DNA from: Candidatus Zambryskibacteria bacterium RIFCSPHIGHO2_01_FULL_43_25
GTDB lineage: Bacteria > Patescibacteriota > Minisyncoccia > Phycocordibacterales > Zambryskibacteraceae
Length of the DNA stretch: 33,835 nucleotides
Direction: 5' to 3'
Assembly (NCBI GenBank): GCA_001823695.1
Contig: MHVD01000009.1
Location: forward strand, 1 to 33,835
Positions 27,523-33,835 of the stretch are shown here, piece after piece; the first letter of the stretch is position 1; every line of letters starts with the position of its first letter. The notes under the pieces are model-generated. The model made no database searches, was not told where the DNA came from, and worked only from the letters and a program-made list of their open reading frames with translations. A program made the position numbers and the translations under genes.

Positions 27523-27568
27523 ATGCGCAATTTTGTAGTTGCTCGCCCTGCTCGCAAATAAAATTGGC

Positions 27569-28249
27569 ATGATCTACTTCGACAAAGTTTCAAAGGTTTA
27601 TAACGAAGATTCTGTTGCACTGCGGGATGTTACTTTTTCTGTAGAACCGCAAGAATTTGTATCCATCGTGGGCCATTCGGGGGCTGGAAAGACAACTCTT
27701 ATAAAGCTTATTTTGGCAGAGGACAAGCCCACCGAGGGCAAGGTATTTTTCGGGTCCACGGACATCCACTCTCTTGCAAAATCGGATATTCATCTATATC
27801 GCAGAAAAATAGGTGTGGTTTTCCAGGATTTTCGTCTGCTTCCGGATAAAAACGTTTTTGAAAATATCGCCTTCAGTATGGAGGCGGCCGGCAGAACTGA
27901 TGAAGAAATAGAGTCAGACGTTCCTCACGTTCTTGAGCTGGTGGACCTGACAAGGAAGATTTGGAGTTTCCCGCACGAATTGTCAGGTGGAGAGAAGCAG
28001 AGGGTAGCCATCGCTCGCGCCATTGTTAACCAGCCGGACATTATAATTGCCGATGAACCGACGGGCAACCTGGACCCGATAAATACTTACGACATCGTTC
28101 AGATATTGAGAAAAATTAACGACCTCGGCACTACGGTGATACTTACCACCCACAACAAGGGCATAATAGACTCTCTGGGCAGAAGGGTGATAACAATGGA
28201 GGAAGGCAGGATAATTCGTGACGACAAAGAGGGGAGGTACGTTATATAA
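27569..28249 (+). CDS. ftsE: Cell division ATP-binding protein FtsE
   Basis: [40 protein letters not shown]; upstream of ftsX. Confidence 0.93.
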   Translation: MIYFDKVSKVYNEDSVALRDVTFSVEPQEFVSIVGHSGAGKTTLIKLILAEDKPTEGKVFFGSTDIHSLAKSDIHLYRRKIGVVFQDFRLLPDKNVFENIAFSMEAAGRTDEEIESDVPHVLELVDLTRKIWSFPHELSGGEKQRVAIARAIVNQPDIIIADEPTGNLDPINTYDIVQILRKINDLGTTVILTTHNKGIIDSLGRRVITMEEGRIIRDDKEGRYVI

Positions 28250-28360
28250 ATTTCTAATTAACCTAATTATTCTAATTTCTAAACAAATTCCAATGACTAA
28301 TGTGCAAAAATTCCAAATTGTTTCTATAATTGGCTATCGGGATTTGGTTATTGTTTAGGT
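28248..28360. repeat. Low-complexity ~7-bp-periodic imperfect inverted repeat
   Basis: AATTTCT/AATTCCA/ATGACTA units mirrored by TTGGCTA/TTGGTTA/TTGTTTAG. Confidence 0.45.
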
Positions 28361-28371
28361 CAATTATTCTC

Positions 28372-29298
28372 ATGCTCTGGGTAAATATAAAAAGAATATT
28401 AAGAACCGGTTTTTTCAGCTTTTCACGAAACGCTTTTGTTTCGCTGTCTTCGGTTTTGGTAATGATTATTACACTTTCAGTGATTTGCTCTTTGATTTTC
28501 CTGTCAGCGATTCTCAACAAATCGCTTGATGAAATACGCGACAAGGTTGATGTAAATGTTTACTTCTTAACCTCTGCGCCTGAAGAAGAGGTTTTGTCTT
28601 TGCAAGAAAAAATAGAAGGCTTGGCAGAAGTCTCGTCCGTAACATATACATCAAGAGAGCAAGCGCTCCAAGATTTCAAGGAGAGACACCAGAATGATGA
28701 ATTTACTCTGCAGGCGCTTGATGAATTGAGTGATAATCCGCTCGGAGCATCATTGAATATAAAGGCCAAAGACCCATCGCAATACGAGAGCATTGCCCAG
28801 TTTCTCAACCAAGAGCCAGCGCTGTCTTCGGACGGGTCGTCAATAATAGACAAAGTCAATTATTATCAGAACAAGGTAGCGATTGATAAGCTTACGGGCA
28901 TTATAGATGCCGCCGACCGACTGGGCACGGCAATAATTCTGGTTCTGGTTTTAATTTCTGTCCTTATAACGTTCAATACAATTCGCCTGACCATATACAT
29001 CTCCAGAGAAGAAATAGCGGTTATGAGACTGGTCGGCGCCAGCTCAACCTATATACGCGGACCGTTTATGATAGTGGGGATAATTTATGGTACAGTAGCC
29101 GGAATTCTTACTCTTCTTCTCTTTTACCCCGTAACCTACTGGCTTGGCGGGGTTACCCAGGATTTCTTTATAGGGCTTAACGTTTTTGACTACTACGCCT
29201 CCAACTTCGGACAGATTTTTCTCGTAGTTATTGGTTCGGGCATTGTGATAGGAGCTCTGTCAAGCTATCTTGCAGTCAGAAAATATCTTAAAATTTAA
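28372..29298 (+). CDS. ftsX: Cell division permease FtsX
   Basis: NPLGASL, FNTIRL..Y..REEIAVMRLVGA...YIRGPF. Confidence 0.93.
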   Translation: MLWVNIKRILRTGFFSFSRNAFVSLSSVLVMIITLSVICSLIFLSAILNKSLDEIRDKVDVNVYFLTSAPEEEVLSLQEKIEGLAEVSSVTYTSREQALQDFKERHQNDEFTLQALDELSDNPLGASLNIKAKDPSQYESIAQFLNQEPALSSDGSSIIDKVNYYQNKVAIDKLTGIIDAADRLGTAIILVLVLISVLITFNTIRLTIYISREEIAVMRLVGASSTYIRGPFMIVGIIYGTVAGILTLLLFYPVTYWLGGVTQDFFIGLNVFDYYASNFGQIFLVVIGSGIVIGALSSYLAVRKYLKI

Positions 29299-29346
29299 CT
29301 TGTTTTAGGATTATTCACTTTTTTCTGTTGAGACCAGAATGTACTA

Positions 29347-30996
29347 ATGGCCAGAATAAAGAAGTATATCTTTGTTGTGGGCGGAGTAATGTCCGGAGTA
29401 GGCAAAGGCATTGCCTCTTCTTCAATAGCCAAGATTTTACTGGCCAAGGGATACACAGTTACCGCTCTAAAGATTGATCCGTATATCAATGTTGATGCCG
29501 GCACGATGAGTCCGACGGTGCACGGAGAAGTTTTCGTGCTTGACGATGGCGACGAGACGGACCAGGACATGGGCAATTATGAGCGGTTTCTTGATGTCAG
29601 TCTGACTCGGATAAATTACATGACGACCGGCCGAGTGTATCAGGAAGTTATAAGAAAAGAACGCAATCTGGAATACGATGGCCGTTGTGTGGAAGTCGTT
29701 CCGGATATACCTCTGGAAGCTATCAGGCGCATTGAAAGGGCCGCCGACAATGCCCGGGCTGATTTTACCGTAGTTGAGATTGGCGGGACGATTGGAGAAT
29801 ATCAAAATCTGATTTTTCTTGAAGCGGCCCGCATGATGAAATCAAAAAATCCAAGCGATGTTGCATTCATAATGGTTTCCTATCTGCCCACTCCTTCCAA
29901 AATAGGGGAAATGAAAACAAAGCCGACTCAATATGCCTCTCGCACCCTAAACAGTGCCGGGATTCAAGCCGATATAATAATTGCCCGCGGCGACACCCCG
30001 CTTGACCGCAAGAGAAAAGAAAAAATTGCCATCTTCTGCAATATCGGGGCCGATCAAGTCATATCCGCTCCTGACATAGACAGTATCTACGATGTGCCGA
30101 TAAATTTTGAAAAGGACCGCTTAAGCGACATACTTCTCAAGGTTTTGAGAGTTCCCCCTAAAAGGAAAACCAATCTGACCGCTTGGAAAAATTTTGTAAA
30201 AAAGACAAAGAACGGTAAGAGGACAGTCAATCTGGCGGTAGTTGGGAAGTATTTTGATTCCGGAGACTTTGTTTTGTCGGATGTATATATTTCCGTACTA
30301 GAAGCGATAAAATTCTCCTCTTACAAATTCGGTGTCAGGCCGAAGCTGACTTATATAAACTCCAAAGATTTTGAACGCGGGAAACTAAAAGTCTCAATGC
30401 TGGCAAAGTTTGATGGGATGATAATTCCAGGCGGATTCGGCAATACCGGCGTTGAGGGAATGATCAAGGCGATCCAATATGTGCGAGAACACAAAATCCC
30501 GTATCTTGGGCTCTGCTACGGTATGCAGCTTGCCATCATAGAGTTTGCCAGAAACGTACTTGGGGCCAAAGGCGCGCACACTACGGAAGTTAATTCTCAC
30601 ACCAAATATCCGGTCATAGATATAATGCCCGACCAGAAAAAGCACATGGCAGAGAGCCGTTACGGAGCGACTATGCGGCTAGGGGCTTGTCCAGCGATAC
30701 TCAAGTCTGGCACGATTGCCAGGAAGGCCTATGGACAAAACAGAATATCCGAGAGGCACAGACACCGATACGAAGTTAATCCACGGTTTATTGCTAAGCT
30801 TAAAGAAGCAGGTCTTACGTTCTCTGGTGTATCGCCCGACGGTCAGCTTATGGAGATTGCCGAATTGCCGAAATCAAAACATCCATTCTTTTTGGGTAGT
30901 CAGTTTCATCCCGAATTTAAAGCCAGACCGCTCAAGCCGCATCCGCTCTTCAATGAGTTTATAAGAGTGGCATCCCTGAAAAAGAAAGCGGGGTAG
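29347..30996 (+). CDS. pyrG: CTP synthase
   Basis: GGVMSGVGKG, KIDPYINVDAGTM, GLCYGMQ, ERHRHRYE, QFHPEF. Confidence 0.97.
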   Translation: MARIKKYIFVVGGVMSGVGKGIASSSIAKILLAKGYTVTALKIDPYINVDAGTMSPTVHGEVFVLDDGDETDQDMGNYERFLDVSLTRINYMTTGRVYQEVIRKERNLEYDGRCVEVVPDIPLEAIRRIERAADNARADFTVVEIGGTIGEYQNLIFLEAARMMKSKNPSDVAFIMVSYLPTPSKIGEMKTKPTQYASRTLNSAGIQADIIIARGDTPLDRKRKEKIAIFCNIGADQVISAPDIDSIYDVPINFEKDRLSDILLKVLRVPPKRKTNLTAWKNFVKKTKNGKRTVNLAVVGKYFDSGDFVLSDVYISVLEAIKFSSYKFGVRPKLTYINSKDFERGKLKVSMLAKFDGMIIPGGFGNTGVEGMIKAIQYVREHKIPYLGLCYGMQLAIIEFARNVLGAKGAHTTEVNSHTKYPVIDIMPDQKKHMAESRYGATMRLGACPAILKSGTIARKAYGQNRISERHRHRYEVNPRFIAKLKEAGLTFSGVSPDGQLMEIAELPKSKHPFFLGSQFHPEFKARPLKPHPLFNEFIRVASLKKKAG

Positions 30997-31128
30997 TTTC
31001 TCTATTGCTTTTTTCTCCATTTTTTGTATTGTGAGAGGTAAGTAATACCTCCTTATTTTAACATTTTGGTCAAGCCTCTTTCCTAAGGAGGTAGTGGTCG
31101 CTTAACAGCCGGTTAGAAAAATGCTTCT

Positions 31129-31770
31129 ATGGCGGCGAAATTCAAAAATAGACAGGAAGCCGGACAGCTTCTAGCAGAGAAACTTATCCAATACAAAGAT
31201 ACAATGGCGATTATCTACACCCTGCCTCGGGGCGGTGTTATCTTGGCGGACGAAATCGCCAAAACTCTAAATCTTCCGCTCGATCTAGTAATAACCAGAA
31301 AGGTTGGTCATCCGGATAATCCAGAGTATGCTGTCGCTTCTGTCACGGAGCGCGGCGACGTGCTTCTCAATCCGGCGGAGCCGATTCGCGTCAATGATGC
31401 TTGGTTTGATATGGCAATGGAACGCGAGCAGATGGAAGCCAAGCGCAGAAGGGAAGTATATATGAATGGCAGAGAGCGCATAAACGCCAAAGGCAAAACC
31501 GCGATTATAGTTGACGATGGCGTGGCTACCGGTGCCTCAATCCTTCTGGCGATTCAAGATATAAGAAAGGATGTGCCATGGAAGATAGTCGTGTCCGTTC
31601 CGGTAATACCCTCCGAGGTTGCAGATAAGATAGATAGTGCTGCTGATGAGCTTGTAACCATTCTCATTGATGATAATTTCTTAGGTTCAGTCGGCGCTTA
31701 CTATGACGATTTCAGCGAAGTTTCCGACGATTTGGTTATAGAAATTCTAAAAAGAAGCGTCAGCAGTTAA
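31129..31770 (+). CDS. Phosphoribosyltransferase-family protein
   Basis: FKNRQEAG, LPRGGV, RKVGHP.NPE, IVDDGVATG. Confidence 0.88.
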   Translation: MAAKFKNRQEAGQLLAEKLIQYKDTMAIIYTLPRGGVILADEIAKTLNLPLDLVITRKVGHPDNPEYAVASVTERGDVLLNPAEPIRVNDAWFDMAMEREQMEAKRRREVYMNGRERINAKGKTAIIVDDGVATGASILLAIQDIRKDVPWKIVVSVPVIPSEVADKIDSAADELVTILIDDNFLGSVGAYYDDFSEVSDDLVIEILKRSVSS

Positions 31771-32260
31771 GACAGAAGCCCGGATAAGTGACGGGGTGGC
31801 TTATATGCGATCGGCAAGCGCCCGCTACGCAGTAATACGCGGCGCTATCAATATCAAAACCGGCCGCCCACGGTTCGTCGGGGAAGTTGCAAGCTGAAAT
31901 TGGTCCCGACGGAGGACAAAAACGTATGCTCACTTGGTGGATTTTTTGTCCGGGGACGCTGGGATCATTCCAGTTATCCCAGTCGTAGATGCTTCCCGGC
32001 CATGGTCCTTGCGGCCAACCGCTTGATAAATATGGGCCCAATCCCGGGTCGATGTTTCTTGGCGTATCAAGGGGATAAGCGTCGTTTTTATCAAAATAAA
32101 ATTCCAAAGCAACGGCGATATTTCTTGTTTCGGCCAAAGCTCTGCTGAAATACGCCCGTTTGCGCGATTCGTTCAAAGAGACCACCACAATGCTTGAGAG
32201 CACGCCTATAATAGCAATGGCGACTAGAAGCTCAATTAAAGTGAAACCTTTTGTTCTCAT
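31760..32260 (-). CDS. Type IV pilin-like protein (GspG/PilE-like, Cys/Pro-rich); start corrected
   Basis: MRTKG|[14 protein letters not shown]; ALEFYFD...YP. Confidence 0.85.
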   Translation of the reverse strand: MRTKGFTLIELLVAIAIIGVLSSIVVVSLNESRKRAYFSRALAETRNIAVALEFYFDKNDAYPLDTPRNIDPGLGPYLSSGWPQGPWPGSIYDWDNWNDPSVPGQKIHQVSIRFCPPSGPISACNFPDEPWAAGFDIDSAAYYCVAGACRSHISHPVTYPGFCLNC

Positions 32261-32288
32261 TGGTCTTAGATAAAAAGATAATTTTATT

Positions 32289-32729
32289 CTAGCAGGATGT
32301 TGAAATAATCGCGTCTGTTTTGCCCTTGAGCGAAGCTTTTGAATCAACGCACCAGTGATTGAAAGCTCCCTCACTCTTTTTTAGAGGAATTGATATCGCC
32401 CAGGCGAAGTCAATTATTGCGCACCTACTGCCGTTTGAATTCCCCGAGGCGTTGTTGGCCGAATTTATTGCCGCCAGGATAGTTGGATCGTGGAACATTG
32501 ATCCCGAGCCGCTCGAAGGGCACACGCCCAAGGGGTAGTTACCGTAGGAGGTGTTAGTGTCATAATAAAGCTCGGCATACACTCTGATGTTGCCTAGGTT
32601 GGACTTTATGGCAGAATTGGCGGCTTTGCTTCTAGAATCATTCAGACTGGTCAAAACTACCGAAGAGAGTATTCCCACAATAGCAATAACAACCAGAAGC
32701 TCAATTAAAGTGAAGCCGTTTCTCGCCAT
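32289..32729 (-). CDS. Type IV pilin, paralogue of 8756-9217
   Basis: NG|[14 protein letters not shown]; shares KSNL.NIRV, CP.SG.GS.FHDP, PLKK.EG.F.HWCVD. Confidence 0.9.
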   Translation of the reverse strand: MARNGFTLIELLVVIAIVGILSSVVLTSLNDSRSKAANSAIKSNLGNIRVYAELYYDTNTSYGNYPLGVCPSSGSGSMFHDPTILAAINSANNASGNSNGSRCAIIDFAWAISIPLKKSEGAFNHWCVDSKASLKGKTDAIISTSC

Positions 32730-32774
32730 TATATAAGTATAACTTAAATTGAAATTCTGTTGAAAATAAGGAAT

Positions 32775-33260
32775 TTAGAACTTTCTTGCGCCAAAGATTA
32801 GAGACAGCTCTAGAGACACTTCAGGATAGCCGTCTTGTATGTGCGTAATAAGAAGGTCTCTTATTTCTAGAGGGTAAAGCAGAATAGACGACAAATCTTT
32901 GATAGAATGCCAGTGTGGCTTATAGACCTGAAGGTCGTTTTTCATCTGATGAAACTCTTCGGAGGATTCTGGCAAAGTGGGTTCGCCCCCAATGTAGTTG
33001 CACAGAAAATAGTAATTTTCATTTCCAGTATCCCATCTGATTTTATATAAAAGTTTGTTGATGGAGGCCACCACTGTTGTCTCCTCTTTGACCTCCCGCA
33101 AGGCGGTTTCTTTCGAAGTCTCTCCCTCTTCTTGACCGCCTCCGGGGAGAGTGAAATACTCGTTTCCGTTATTAAGTCGGTACATTAAAAGTATATGATT
33201 GTCTTTGATCAATATTCCTGCCGCGTACTTTCTTGTCCTCATAAATTTACGTTGGTGCAT
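32775..33260 (-). CDS. NUDIX hydrolase
   Basis: Nudix box PGGGQEEGETSKETALREVKEET. Confidence 0.9.
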   Translation of the reverse strand: MHQRKFMRTRKYAAGILIKDNHILLMYRLNNGNEYFTLPGGGQEEGETSKETALREVKEETTVVASINKLLYKIRWDTGNENYYFLCNYIGGEPTLPESSEEFHQMKNDLQVYKPHWHSIKDLSSILLYPLEIRDLLITHIQDGYPEVSLELSLIFGARKF

Positions 33261-33264
33261 TTTT

Positions 33265-33669
33265 TCATGCCCTTATCTTGGTCAGATTTTCTTTCACCCG
33301 ATATTTAATGATTTTGCTTATGAGAGCTACAGGCAGCGGTTTGTCTAGTGGAAACTGAATGGCGCCTTTGGATGTTTTATATTTAGTTAGTTCTTTGCGG
33401 AATGATTTTATTGCCGAAGGAAGCGGGTAAAACCCAACATGCTTTTTAAAAGCTGCAAAATAAACCACAATGCCGTTTAGCTTAAACGCAGGCATATTGT
33501 AGCTAATAACTTCTGTCGCCTGCGGAGCGTTTTTGTTTGTTATCTTTCTTATGGTTCGGAGCTTCTGGGCCGTGTCTTCTGGAAAAGAGTTAATATACTC
33601 ACTGATTGTCTTAAATTTTTTGCTGTATCTGGTATTTTGTGATTTCATGTCATTAATCTTTTGATTCAT
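33265..33669 (-). CDS. DUF1801/YdhG-like protein
   Basis: EVISYNMPAF, YFAAFKKHVGFYP, SKGAIQFPLDKPLP. Confidence 0.85.
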   Translation of the reverse strand: MNQKINDMKSQNTRYSKKFKTISEYINSFPEDTAQKLRTIRKITNKNAPQATEVISYNMPAFKLNGIVVYFAAFKKHVGFYPLPSAIKSFRKELTKYKTSKGAIQFPLDKPLPVALISKIIKYRVKENLTKIRA

Positions 33670-33753
33670 TATAAAACATTTTTTGTGTTTCGATCGTCTT
33701 GAGCTATCTGTTTCGGCAATTCGGGATATAAAAAGACAGCTTTTTTGCGTCTT

Positions 33754-33835
33754 CTAATCAATAGCTTGGAAACACTTTTGCTTTAAAACTTGTAATGGCG
33801 TCTTTAATTTGAGACCAAAGTGTAGTCTTTCATTG
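33754..33835 (-). CDS. C-terminal fragment of an integrase-core (rve/DDE) transposase, cut by the window edge
   Basis: Hand translation NERLHFGLKLKTPLQVLKQKCFQAID* fits the N..R.H..L...TP tail of IS3/IS481-type integrase cores. Confidence 0.6.
   Translation of the reverse strand, partial: NERLHFGLKLKTPLQVLKQKCFQAID

Overview
33.8 kb window that looks like a Patescibacteria (CPR, Parcubacteria-like) chromosome. This is inferred from gene content and order, AT-rich starts without Shine-Dalgarno motifs and a short RF2. Left part: comF and a type IV pilus cluster (pilM/N/O/P-like, pilB, a receiver protein, pilT, pilC, three major-type pilins, pilD, four minor pilins; no secretin in the window), then ligA, gatC and gatA. 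Middle (17.6-26.3 kb): a tRNA-rich accessory region. Right part: prfB, ftsE, ftsX, pyrG, a phosphoribosyltransferase, two more pilins, a NUDIX hydrolase, a DUF1801-like protein and the end of an integrase-core transposase. The most striking feature is 'nested' tRNA genes. Three times (Met-CAT, Thr-GGT, Thr-CGT) a tRNA gene is interrupted by short GC-ended palindromic insertions, and an intact tRNA with the same anticodon sits inside the interrupted gene; in one case it comes with about 2.5 kb of protease cargo. Related CCCG...CGGG palindromic mini-elements occur elsewhere in the window. The same region holds a tRNA-Asp split in its anticodon by a 213-nt group I intron and flanked by free-standing LAGLIDADG and GIY-YIG nuclease genes, a cassette bounded by direct repeats, and an unidentified ~230-nt structured RNA candidate. 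All calls were made by eye; no searches were run.
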